Shown here one piece after another: positions 49,494 to 57,764 of a stretch of 64,000 bases of DNA. Each line of letters starts with the position of its first letter. The stretch's first letter is position 1. Below the pieces are notes generated by a model. That model did not search any database. It was not told the DNA's origin and was given only the letters and a program-made list of their open reading frames with translations. The stretch is from a virus, in IMG/VR virus record IMGVR_UViG_3300034166_000560. One strand, 5' to 3'. Made by a program: the position numbers and the translations under genes.

Positions 49494-49696
49494 GAAAGAT
49501 ACCCAAGAATAGCGCCAATAGGGCCAACGAAAACACCAATACAGCGAAGAATGAACTTAGCTGTAATTGGATTATCCATTGTGTTCCAGATTGAGATAAT
49601 GTTCATCACCCAACCTACGGCAAAAACGAGCCAGATTGCGATTAGCGTAAGATAATAGCCAATACCATAATCTTCATGACCATAATGACGTGCCAT
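49490..49696 (-). CDS. Small two-TM membrane protein
   Basis: Two hydrophobic segments; GGAG RBS. Confidence 0.7.
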   Translation of the reverse strand: MARHYGHEDYGIGYYLTLIAIWLVFAVGWVMNIISIWNTMDNPITAKFILRCIGVFVGPIGAILGYLS

Positions 49697-49714
49697 AATA
49701 TACTCCAGTTAGAA

Positions 49715-49791
49715 TGGCGGTCCCGGAAGGATTCGAACCCTCGACCTTGGGAGTAGAAATCCCCTGCTCTATCCAGCTGAGCTACGGAACC
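49715..49791 (-). tRNA. tRNA-Arg(TCT)
   Basis: GGTTCCG/CGGGACC acceptor stem, D-loop AGCTGGATA, anticodon loop TT-TCT-AC, GGTTCGAATCC T-arm, encoded CCA. Confidence 0.92.
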
Positions 49792-49800
49792 ATTATTAGT

Positions 49801-49829
49801 ATTATAACCTAGCAGAATTGAAAAGGCAA
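49801..49829 (-). promoter_or_regulatory. Sigma70-type promoter for tRNA-Arg
   Basis: TTGCCT-17 nt-TATAAT. Confidence 0.7.
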
Positions 49830-50133
49830 GTTGTTTCTGTTTCTAGGGACAACTTGCGAACCCCAATGGATCATGCAGCTAGTGCATAAGCTCCAAATGA
49901 TGCATCATTATCGTTTGCATCTACGTTTCGCCTTTGGTCTCCTTACGACCTTACTGAATCCTGTCGAACCTGAATCGCCCCCATCAAAGATACACCGATT
50001 ATCATATCCCATCGGCTAGCACGATATAAGACCACACAAACGACCTCGGTGGCTGATGTATCTATGGTGGAGGCGGTGGGAACTGCCCCCACGTCCAAGA
50101 AACCTATGTTTCGTCTCTCAACGACCTCGGCAA
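49824..50133 (-). ncRNA. ssrA: Two-piece (circularly permuted) tmRNA, alphaproteobacterial type; tag ANDNDASFGAYALAA
   Basis: Acceptor piece ends GACGTGGGGGCAGTTCCCACCGCCTCCACCA (50065); spacer; coding piece starts GGGGGCGATTCAGGTTCGAC (49982), giving a G3:U70 Ala stem; tag frame 49918..49871; 3' hairpin GCAAGTTGT..ACAACTTGC; outer ends approximate. Confidence 0.93.
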
Positions 50134-50136
50134 ACT

Positions 50137-51702
50137 TTATTTATAAATGTTATCTCTAAGGTATTCGTAGTGATTGGGAAGAGTTTTAATGTATTGTTTC
50201 AACGCTGCTTGATGATTAAGCCAACTATATTTGATATCATGTAACTCATTAGCTAATTTTGGGTTTCGTTTCATATCGATATTATGATCCATCTTAGTAA
50301 CAAAACTGTAATTACCTGCCGCCAGAACTCTATGATAACTAAAGTTGCCTTCTTTCATTTTCAATTTTTCTGGATCAGTTGATTGGTTTTGATCATAAAG
50401 ATCTCTAAACAATTTACTAAAATAATCCCCTTCATGGTTATGATTCATAGCATTGGTTCTATGCTTCCAATAAGGAGAATCTTCTCTTTGAGAGAGAAAA
50501 TATTGCGCTGTTACCCAATCTTTGGCTTCTGAGGCTTCTTTAATTACGTAATGGTTATAATATTCTCTATCAAAGTTTTTTACATGACAATCCGTATTAA
50601 GGAGGATACGAGCAATATTCTCAATCATAGATTGAGTCAAAAATAACCCTGTAGATCTCAGAGGTCCAATGAACGCACAAGAAAGCCCAACTGCAATAAC
50701 ATTTTTATACCAAGGAGCCTTTCTAACTCCTGGAGTGAATTTCATAGAACGAAATTCTAAACCGTCCGCCCTTGAACCATATCTTTTTCTTATACTTTCA
50801 CGTAGTTCCTCTTTAGCCGATTCTTCGTTGGTATGATTACTGCTATAAACATAGCCAGAACCAATTCTATCCCAAATTGGAATATTCCACTCCCATCCAC
50901 TATCTAACGCTACACAATCTGTGAAACTAACCATTTCTTCTTTTTTACATTCGTAAGGAATATTGGTCGCAATCGCTCTATCGTTTACAAGAACTTCTGA
51001 AAAATCTATTAATCCTATTTTCAACCCTTGTTCTAATAGAATAGATCTAAACCCAGAACAGTCAATATAAAGATCTGCAGTTAGTGGTCCATTCTCATTA
51101 GTCTCTAAACATGTGATACCATTGTCATCAGTCCGAATAGCATAAATGTCATCGATGATATGTTTAACACCGTTCGGAATAGCGACAAGGTCTTTTAACA
51201 TCAATCCAAATTTATAAGCGTCGAAATGATACGCTTTTTCTATATTAGGATTCCATTTCATTGGTCCTGGTTTGTCAGTATATTTGTTTTGAAGAACCAT
51301 ATGATAGTTGTCATCAAAAAATTCAGGAAAATCAAAAGGCTGGAATAAATCTGGATATTGATGACAAAGGTTATAGAATAATTTAATATCTCTCATAGGG
51401 ACTGGAGGCGTAATCCCCTTAGTCAAATCATAAAAACTTTTACCCTTCTGATAAAAGTCTGTTAGCCTAATGGTTGTTTTATAAACAGCGTCACACTTTG
51501 GCATCCAAATTTGTTCTGGGATACCAAATGGTTTCATAAACCTATTGATGTTTACTAAACTTGATTCTCCAACGCCAATAATTGGAACGTTTGTGGACTC
51601 TATCAGAGTAATGTTAACATTAGGTACATTTTTAGACAAAAGGGCAGCAGTCATCCAACCAGATGATCCGCCGCCCACAATCATAATACTTTTAACTTTC
51701 AT
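50137..51702 (-). CDS. Flavin-dependent tryptophan-halogenase-family protein (divergent active site)
   Basis: GGGSSG, GVGES, AVYK, YHFDA, DCSGF, WEWNIP; FIGPLRSTG in place of FxEPLESTG. Confidence 0.88.
   Translation of the reverse strand: MKVKSIMIVGGGSSGWMTAALLSKNVPNVNITLIESTNVPIIGVGESSLVNINRFMKPFGIPEQIWMPKCDAVYKTTIRLTDFYQKGKSFYDLTKGITPPVPMRDIKLFYNLCHQYPDLFQPFDFPEFFDDNYHMVLQNKYTDKPGPMKWNPNIEKAYHFDAYKFGLMLKDLVAIPNGVKHIIDDIYAIRTDDNGITCLETNENGPLTADLYIDCSGFRSILLEQGLKIGLIDFSEVLVNDRAIATNIPYECKKEEMVSFTDCVALDSGWEWNIPIWDRIGSGYVYSSNHTNEESAKEELRESIRKRYGSRADGLEFRSMKFTPGVRKAPWYKNVIAVGLSCAFIGPLRSTGLFLTQSMIENIARILLNTDCHVKNFDREYYNHYVIKEASEAKDWVTAQYFLSQREDSPYWKHRTNAMNHNHEGDYFSKLFRDLYDQNQSTDPEKLKMKEGNFSYHRVLAAGNYSFVTKMDHNIDMKRNPKLANELHDIKYSWLNHQAALKQYIKTLPNHYEYLRDNIYK
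50138..50145 (-). promoter_or_regulatory. Late promoter TATAAATA directly upstream of tmRNA
   Basis: Exact consensus overlapping the halogenase stop. Confidence 0.7.
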
Positions 51703-51753
51703 TGAGTTTGTATCTCGTTTTCAAATTCCTCTATTAAAGGAACAGGTGGTTCT

Positions 51754-51876
51754 TTAGTGGCACGGTCTATTAGAACTGTCCCGTACAATGCACTTACCGA
51801 TGGTCGCCAACTCATTACAACCAGTGACGCCCAAACTAAGAAACACCAATGCAATTGATAGATATACTTTCTTCAT
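51754..51876 (-). CDS. Small lipoprotein (40 aa)
   Basis: Manual translation MKKVYLSIALVFLSLGVTG-CNELATIGKCIVRDSSNRPCH; lipobox; ATGA overlap with the upstream gene. Confidence 0.65.
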   Translation of the reverse strand: MKKVYLSIALVFLSLGVTGCNELATIGKCIVRDSSNRPCH

Positions 51877-52097
51877 CCTAAGATCCTTTTTATATCATCT
51901 AGAGTCCCGATATAATGACCATTTCGAAAGGCTACTGGACGAGCTTCGTCGATACCAGCATGCCTGATGAATGCGGCCATGGTAGAATACATAGCAAAGT
52001 ATTTCGGTTCAATACCTGTTTTCTGTATAATATACTGAGATAATTGATCGGTTTCTTCGTTATAAACTTGACCGATAACTGACCATCTATCTGACAC
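51873..52097 (-). CDS. Hypothetical protein, glutaredoxin-like C-terminus without CxxC
   Basis: RPVAFRNGHYIGTLDDIK resembles the glutaredoxin P..F..G.YIG..DDL motif. Confidence 0.55.
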   Translation of the reverse strand: MSDRWSVIGQVYNEETDQLSQYIIQKTGIEPKYFAMYSTMAAFIRHAGIDEARPVAFRNGHYIGTLDDIKRILG

Positions 52098-52098
52098 G

Positions 52099-52356
52099 TT
52101 ACTCTCCTACACCACCTTCTATATTAGGTTCATGATTTTCCAACTGAACACCGTTTATTGAAAACCACTCATCAGAACCTTGACGCTGATACTGGATATC
52201 CTGCATAGGAACCATTACCATTTCCTTGGTCTGTGGGTGAACCATCATCTTCTGAAATACAACCATTCGCAAATCAACGATTGGATTCTTTTTATTTAAT
52301 CCTCCCACTGGAAGTCCACTAGCGGCGACAGCGCCATCTGGTCCTAGAATACTCAT
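52099..52356 (-). CDS. Hypothetical protein
   Basis: ORF coupled to neighbours. Confidence 0.6.
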   Translation of the reverse strand: MSILGPDGAVAASGLPVGGLNKKNPIVDLRMVVFQKMMVHPQTKEMVMVPMQDIQYQRQGSDEWFSINGVQLENHEPNIEGGVGE

Positions 52357-52721
52357 GTCTTTTGTCCTTTATACTTTTCAAGTAGATTCGAGAGAAACTC
52401 AATAGCTGAGTCATTAAATGTTACATCGTTTAGAATACCGGTAACGCAATATTGCTTTGCCTTCAGCGCATTGCCATCCGAAGCCTTATCATATTCAACG
52501 ATATACAGATGACGATCCTTAGACATCATTGCTTCGTTAATCTTACCATTCTTTTCGCCATTATAAAGAGTAACCAACGCCTTCTCGTCGATCATCTTCA
52601 TCATCTCTGCATTAGGATAGCATTTTAAATCTTCCGCCTTGGCCATATTATGGACAACCATAAACCCTAGCGCAAAGAAAAAAATAGCAATCAAACTTTC
52701 TTTAGTTCTGCTCATTGTCAA
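52353..52721 (-). CDS. Secreted/periplasmic hypothetical protein
   Basis: Signal peptide ending AKA-E; two Cys. Confidence 0.65.
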   Translation of the reverse strand: MTMSRTKESLIAIFFFALGFMVVHNMAKAEDLKCYPNAEMMKMIDEKALVTLYNGEKNGKINEAMMSKDRHLYIVEYDKASDGNALKAKQYCVTGILNDVTFNDSAIEFLSNLLEKYKGQKT

Positions 52722-52887
52722 CTCCAGATATAGATTTCATCAGGTTAATATCATAGTCTATTAGTCTAGACAAAGACTGGATTGCATTTTCTTTACTAAC
52801 ACCACCAGCAACCTTATCTCTAGACCACATAACATACTTAATTAGCATGTTAACGTCAATCGCATTTTGATCCTTCAATTCATTCAT
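52702..52887 (-). CDS. Hypothetical protein
   Basis: ORF in operon. Confidence 0.55.
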   Translation of the reverse strand: MNELKDQNAIDVNMLIKYVMWSRDKVAGGVSKENAIQSLSRLIDYDINLMKSISGVDNEQN

Positions 52888-52888
52888 G

Positions 52889-53056
52889 CTACTTATCTAG
52901 CCTCATAACTGCTGATGGGTGCAAACAAACTGCACTACTAAGAGTCAGTGCTGACATACCACCAGCATCATTACACTTTTTTACGAAATTATCATTATAG
53001 CTAACAAAGATGCCAACCATAAAAATAAACGTTCCCCATACTAATAGTTTTGTCAT
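52889..53056 (-). CDS. Small membrane-anchored protein (55 aa)
   Basis: Manual translation MTKLLVWGTFIFMVGIFVSYNDNFVKKCNDAGG...VCLHP; ATGA overlap. Confidence 0.6.
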   Translation of the reverse strand: MTKLLVWGTFIFMVGIFVSYNDNFVKKCNDAGGMSALTLSSAVCLHPSAVMRLDK

Positions 53057-54186
53057 GTCACCACCCTTAACAAAATCGTGTTTTCGTTGATACGATACGC
53101 AAGAGGCTTCTCCGTCTTGATCTCATCAAAGACTTTTCGTAGGACAAGTTTGCCACCCTCGAGTATGCGCTTGAGAAACTCATTTGGATCTTTCCGTCCC
53201 ACAGACCTGGTAATAGAATTAGATTCGCAATAGTTCGTAATGCTAGTGCCCTTGACCTGGAGCCCACCACGATCAATCGCTGTAAGCCTCGTAATCGTCT
53301 TATACTTTGTATTGAAAGTCCAGAGCTCCATTGCGCCGATGACTTTCTCCGGAGATACTGATGCAATCTTGTAAGTTGCATCTTCCTTCTGGTACTTGAG
53401 ATTTTTGATTTTCTTTTCGACCGACACTGCTCTTGGCTTGCGAGTCTTTTTAATTTTCTTTGTGTTCGAAGAATATCTCTCCGCATCCTCGATAAGCGTG
53501 TTGTAGAACGATACAAGATTCTTGATTTCAGCTTTTTTGAGGTGGCGATATCCCTCTTTGAGTTGTTCATCTTTACCCTCATATGCCTCAAGCAATTCAT
53601 CTAATACTGGGGTAAATTTAGAGATGATAGAAGTAGCGTAGGCGGCAGGAATGTTATTCGACTGCAGCCATTCATACAAAGAAAACTCTACATTGTCGTA
53701 GATGTAATCGTCTATCATACCCTCAATTTCGCCAAGAATGTCATGTGTACGCTCACGCATACGGTCTTGAATGGAAACTACTGGCTTACTATCTTCTTCC
53801 TTAGTCTCCTGAACATATTTATATGTTTCTTTGATACGATCGTTTATATAATCTTGTGTATCAGTAGGTAACGTAAACCCTCGAGATAAGAGACGACAAA
53901 CCCAAGCAACAGTAGTAGGTATAAGATTATCTGGAACAGATTTGATTTTCTTGGCGTCATTAACACGTCCTAGATTTTTAAGATAGGTAACAATATACTC
54001 TTTGGCTTCTGAATTGGTGCACATGTAGTTATACCAATTCAAAGCATTGATGTAATCAGTTTTTGACAGAGGCTTTGTAAAATTAGGCTCGTCGCCCAGA
54101 TGCTTCTTATTAACAATGTAAGCCTCCGACTTCGTAACACGAATAGTTTTTGGTTTACGTTTAACAAGAGCAGGGCGACGAGCCAT
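53053..54186 (-). CDS. Hypothetical protein of a type seen in T4-like phages (likely start MARRP)
   Basis: ALNWYNY, SIQDRMRE, ELWTFNTKYK, RINENTILLR; GGAGG RBS and own promoter. Confidence 0.75.
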   Translation of the reverse strand: MARRPALVKRKPKTIRVTKSEAYIVNKKHLGDEPNFTKPLSKTDYINALNWYNYMCTNSEAKEYIVTYLKNLGRVNDAKKIKSVPDNLIPTTVAWVCRLLSRGFTLPTDTQDYINDRIKETYKYVQETKEEDSKPVVSIQDRMRERTHDILGEIEGMIDDYIYDNVEFSLYEWLQSNNIPAAYATSIISKFTPVLDELLEAYEGKDEQLKEGYRHLKKAEIKNLVSFYNTLIEDAERYSSNTKKIKKTRKPRAVSVEKKIKNLKYQKEDATYKIASVSPEKVIGAMELWTFNTKYKTITRLTAIDRGGLQVKGTSITNYCESNSITRSVGRKDPNEFLKRILEGGKLVLRKVFDEIKTEKPLAYRINENTILLRVVT

Positions 54187-54208
54187 ATTATCCTCCAAGG
54201 TTACATAT

Positions 54209-54237
54209 ATTGTACCCTAGTTTTTATAAAAAGTCAA
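54209..54237 (-). promoter_or_regulatory. Early sigma70-type promoter
   Basis: TTGACT-17 nt-TACAAT. Confidence 0.8.
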
Positions 54238-55202
54238 GCTGCTTCTGCCATTTCGACAGCGAGCTCAAGAGCCTTAGTCTTCAGATTCTTGTTGTATCCA
54301 TACCAAGCAGACTGGATACGAGAATCAGCCGAACGACCAATCACGTGATCAGTCATGAAAGTAACAGCGTTGAACGGTTGCCACCAAGTTCCCTCGGCGT
54401 ATTCATGTCCAGGCTGAGTATTGATAATGCTCAGAGCAATATCAGCATTCTTCGAACGCTTACCTTCTTCTGGATTCTTCGTATTAAGAGGAAACACACG
54501 TTCAAAGTATTCAACGATAGATTCAGTCTTAGCCTTCTTAGAACCAAGGAACTGAGCCATCTCCTTATACTTCTGCAACTTGTCGGTAGCAATGCCAAGC
54601 ATATCCTTCACATTAGCAGGATTAAACTGCTTACGGTGGGAAATCTTGACCATACGCTCTACAGTCGACGAGAGAGAAAGTGTAAGAGTATTATTGCACA
54701 CAACACGAATGGGAGTGAAGCGCACGTCAGTAGAAAAACCATACTTATGAAAATTAGAAAAGAGTAGATAAGAGTCAATCTGATCTCCCTTAAAGAGCTC
54801 AAACGACTCCTTAACCTTAGCCAAACCCCAAACGATCTGACCATCCTTCAGAGAGCCAGCAGTATGCATCTCCATATCACCAGCCATAACGAATTCATTG
54901 AAGAAGTCAAACGCCTCGGCATTCTGGACAGGATTCCAGTCGTCAGAAACAACGTCAAGCAATTTCTTGTCCTTACTACGAACAAGAGCAGACTGTTTCG
55001 TCTCAATCACACTGTCCGGATCGTTATCATCAAGAATAGCAAACGTAGGATACTTGCGGACTTCCCAATTCAGACCAGCAGCCTCGAGCATCTGTTCGGG
55101 CGTAAGATCCGCAGGAACCTTAACACCAAGACCGTGCCACGGAACGTCGCCAGCATAAGCCATCTGAGCAACGCCATCAATCTCTTCAATCATATGAGCC
55201 AT
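54234..55202 (-). CDS. DUF932 / phage-plasmid-like protein (TIGR03299 type)
   Basis: MAH..PWHGLG, AGLNWEV, PVQNAEAF, TAGSL, TPIRVVCNNTL, GTWWQPFNAVT. Confidence 0.9.
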   Translation of the reverse strand: MAHMIEEIDGVAQMAYAGDVPWHGLGVKVPADLTPEQMLEAAGLNWEVRKYPTFAILDDNDPDSVIETKQSALVRSKDKKLLDVVSDDWNPVQNAEAFDFFNEFVMAGDMEMHTAGSLKDGQIVWGLAKVKESFELFKGDQIDSYLLFSNFHKYGFSTDVRFTPIRVVCNNTLTLSLSSTVERMVKISHRKQFNPANVKDMLGIATDKLQKYKEMAQFLGSKKAKTESIVEYFERVFPLNTKNPEEGKRSKNADIALSIINTQPGHEYAEGTWWQPFNAVTFMTDHVIGRSADSRIQSAWYGYNKNLKTKALELAVEMAEAA

Positions 55203-55233
55203 TTTAGATCTCCTTCACATCAACCATAAACAT

Positions 55234-55262
55234 AGTATAGCTCTATCTTTTAAAAAAGTCAA
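55234..55262 (-). promoter_or_regulatory. Early sigma70-type promoter
   Basis: TTGACT-17 nt-TATACT. Confidence 0.82.
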
Positions 55263-55271
55263 ACTCTTTTT

Positions 55272-55496
55272 TTAGACCGCAGAGGAGATAATAAGAGCTT
55301 TGTCAAGAGTATCTTTATATTGGAATCTAAACCCTTCTAGCCACTCTTTTTGTCTATAAAGCTCGTTTTGAACTAGTTTCTCATCCTCCTGATCGACAGA
55401 AAGATAATCGTAAGGGCAATCGTCAACAGATCCGCCGTTAGTGTAATGTAGTTTACCTTCTTCGAAGAACTGATTAGTATATTGCCAGTCGTTCAT
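55272..55496 (-). CDS. Rmf/CrpP-like small protein
   Basis: FEEG....G....CPY...WLEGF resembles the ribosome modulation factor pattern G..AG..G....CPY...WL.GW. Confidence 0.55.
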   Translation of the reverse strand: MNDWQYTNQFFEEGKLHYTNGGSVDDCPYDYLSVDQEDEKLVQNELYRQKEWLEGFRFQYKDTLDKALIISSAV

Positions 55497-55499
55497 CTT

Positions 55500-55715
55500 T
55501 TACTCCTCTACGGGCTGCTCTTCTTTTTTAGCGGATTTACGATCTACATCTTTAAAATTTTCTGGATGCTTTAAGACACCAGCCAGAAATTCAACAGCTT
55601 CTTTAATTTCTTCGCTGTTATAATTAGCAGCGATTCTTTCTTCTCTTAGATATGCACTCAAAAGACAATAAGCCTCGTTGACTGCATAATAACTAATCTT
55701 GTCATCAATAAACAT
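55500..55715 (-). CDS. Hypothetical protein
   Basis: AGGAGG RBS. Confidence 0.65.
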   Translation of the reverse strand: MFIDDKISYYAVNEAYCLLSAYLREERIAANYNSEEIKEAVEFLAGVLKHPENFKDVDRKSAKKEEQPVEE

Positions 55716-55726
55716 GAACCCTCCTG

Positions 55727-56047
55727 TTACTTCTTAAAAGAGAAATAAGAATCTATTACTTTGCATAACTGGGGTTCAAGTGCATCATAATGCTCTTTGT
55801 CCATAATACCGCAAAGAATATCTTGATAATCGTCTATATCTAAGAACTGTTTACATAGTTCTAAGAAATCTTGTCTCGTTTTTGGTTCCTCAACAGGCAC
55901 ACCATGAATGTTGGGGCCAGAATAAAATTTAAGATCTTCTGCAATATGTCTAGCAATAACAAGTTTTGCTTTATCGACATACTCTTTCATTGCCTGTAGT
56001 TCTAGTTCTTTTTTAGATTTAGGAAAAGGAATAACCTCTGCAGTCAT
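55727..56047 (-). CDS. Hypothetical protein
   Basis: MTAEVIPFP start; ATGA overlap. Confidence 0.65.
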   Translation of the reverse strand: MTAEVIPFPKSKKELELQAMKEYVDKAKLVIARHIAEDLKFYSGPNIHGVPVEEPKTRQDFLELCKQFLDIDDYQDILCGIMDKEHYDALEPQLCKVIDSYFSFKK

Positions 56048-56280
56048 CGCCCGAACTCCTTAGTGTCTTTGGCGACACATCTCACTTTAATATAATAATT
56101 ATCGCCTATTTTTGGCGAAAAGGCAAGTTTTGCGGCTCGCTCATAAGATTCCTGGATGCATGACATCGGCGTGTTTTTGATCTCTCCCATAACAATCGTC
56201 GTGTCTCTTCCGCCTTCTTTACATTCCACAGGAGAGAGTAGAGAGTTACAAATAAGAATAACTGGAACATATTCGATCAT
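56044..56280 (-). CDS. Small four-Cys hypothetical protein (likely start MIEYV)
   Basis: ATGA overlap with the upstream 50-aa ORF. Confidence 0.6.
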   Translation of the reverse strand: MIEYVPVILICNSLLSPVECKEGGRDTTIVMGEIKNTPMSCIQESYERAAKLAFSPKIGDNYYIKVRCVAKDTKEFGR

Positions 56281-56429
56281 CCTTGACACTTAACGCCGAA
56301 TTTAGCTTCGACACCCATTACTTTACCATGAAGGGTGCCAATATGACAAGCCTTCGGTTCAATCTCTACATGTTGTTCTTGGCAAACACCACTAACGCAC
56401 ATGAATACAATCGCTGCAACTAACTTCAT
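56277..56429 (-). CDS. Small four-Cys hypothetical protein (50 aa)
   Basis: Manual translation MKLVAAIVFMCVSGVCQEQHVEIEPKACHIGTLHGKVMGVEAKFGVKCQG; AGGAG RBS. Confidence 0.6.
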   Translation of the reverse strand: MKLVAAIVFMCVSGVCQEQHVEIEPKACHIGTLHGKVMGVEAKFGVKCQG

Positions 56430-56953
56430 AATAAATCTCCTAATACACGGAACTTGTAAGCAATACTTATCCTCATAGATTTACAATGAACCGTGGGTTC
56501 GAGTGGACAATGCGGCATTTTAGAATCAAACAATACTGCCGAATTGCTTTTTGGAAAGATGTTTTCTATAATCTTTCCGCCATATTCCATAAGAATTAAA
56601 TGCCCACCGTATTCTGGCTTCCAGTTCTTATGGTAATAATACACCAAAGTATAATACTCGCCCTCTGCATTTTCTAACACATCAACATGAGGATGACCAC
56701 ATTGACCATGAGTGTTACCATTAGCGTATATCTTAATAGTTTCTATTTGTTTGTTTAAAAACTTTTGTATTTTTGATTTGAATAGATTTTCTATTATTTC
56801 TGAAGGCAGGGTTTTATCCCAATGGTAAGTAGGCTCTGGGATCTCAGGCACTGATGAGCCCACCAATTCCCAATTATATTTTTTGAATTCTTCGTCGAGA
56901 AGAACCATTTCTTCTTGTGAAAAGAATTCCTCATCGACGAAGATGTTTCGCAT
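56426..56953 (-). CDS. 2OG-Fe(II) oxygenase
   Basis: GHPHVD, WKPEYGG, FDSKMPHC, RISIAYK. Confidence 0.88.
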   Translation of the reverse strand: MRNIFVDEEFFSQEEMVLLDEEFKKYNWELVGSSVPEIPEPTYHWDKTLPSEIIENLFKSKIQKFLNKQIETIKIYANGNTHGQCGHPHVDVLENAEGEYYTLVYYYHKNWKPEYGGHLILMEYGGKIIENIFPKSNSAVLFDSKMPHCPLEPTVHCKSMRISIAYKFRVLGDLL

Positions 56954-57549
56954 TAGACTTGAAACTTAAACGTTCCTGTAATACTTGTTCTATATGTATC
57001 ATTCGCAAAACAAGGTCTAACGCCATGTTGCATTTCACAAGGAAATAAGATAAAATTATTTTCCCAATCTTCATTAACAGGAATAATATATTCCTTCGGA
57101 CGCCCCAAAACATCTGTATAATATAACGAGAAATTAGAAGTCATTTCTTCTGTTGGTTTGACAAAAGAAGGAGGAGCCTTAATACCTAAATTCATCCAAA
57201 TAATGAACGAAAAGATACCATCATGTTTATGTGGGAGATTACATTCATGTCTATCGAGAAAATTAGCCATCAAAGTGTCCAAAACCAATGGCGCTCCATT
57301 CGTTAGGTAATTGATTTCTTTCTCGTAGCCAAACGTGTTAAGATAAGCGGAAACGTATGGCAGCAATAACTTTTCTGCATGATGCTTTGTTCTTTCGAGA
57401 TAGTAATCTTTTTGGATTACTCTTCTTCCAGTAGATCTTAGTTCTTCTTTTACATCCGGTAATTCTAAAATTTCATTCTTAATCGGAGCTAGATCTCCAT
57501 CAGAAAACTCTGACTGAATGAATCCGTAATTAGGAAACGTATTAACAAC
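56953..57549 (-). CDS. Putative 2OG-Fe(II) oxygenase; start uncertain (ORF track extends to 57561)
   Basis: NLPHKHDGIFSFIIW, FPCEMQHGV, RTSITG. Confidence 0.7.
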   Translation of the reverse strand, partial: VVNTFPNYGFIQSEFSDGDLAPIKNEILELPDVKEELRSTGRRVIQKDYYLERTKHHAEKLLLPYVSAYLNTFGYEKEINYLTNGAPLVLDTLMANFLDRHECNLPHKHDGIFSFIIWMNLGIKAPPSFVKPTEEMTSNFSLYYTDVLGRPKEYIIPVNEDWENNFILFPCEMQHGVRPCFANDTYRTSITGTFKFQV

Positions 57550-57563
57550 ATATTCTTGCATAA

Positions 57564-57749
57564 TTATTTTACCTCATTTTTAATTTGCACAAAATACTTT
57601 TTCAGTTCAGGAGAAGCATTAGATAATGTAGATCCACAAACTCCTATACGAATCAATTCTGACAATTCAATTATGTCTTTAACTGTGATAGTATCATCTG
57701 GTTTAAACTCAAACAAATTAGATTGGTTGTATTTTGTTGGTTTCTTCAC
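57564..57749 (-). CDS. Hypothetical protein
   Basis: GTG start with AGGA RBS. Confidence 0.55.
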   Translation of the reverse strand: MKKPTKYNQSNLFEFKPDDTITVKDIIELSELIRIGVCGSTLSNASPELKKYFVQIKNEVK

Positions 57750-57764
57750 AATATATCCTTTTAG

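Noticed and set aside
49715-49791. Reading the tRNA as an amber suppressor (CTA) with a recoded genome
   Set aside because: The 7-nt loop TTTCTAC centres on TCT, the D-loop is Arg-like, and core genes are intact in the standard code
49831-50244. Plus-strand ORFs 49831..50019 and 50056..50244
   Set aside because: Antisense to the tmRNA, which explains the sequence better
53067-55229. Long overlapping ORFs 53067..53600, 54210..54767 and 54864..55229
   Set aside because: Frame or antisense shadows of genes with biased codon usage; no recognisable motifs
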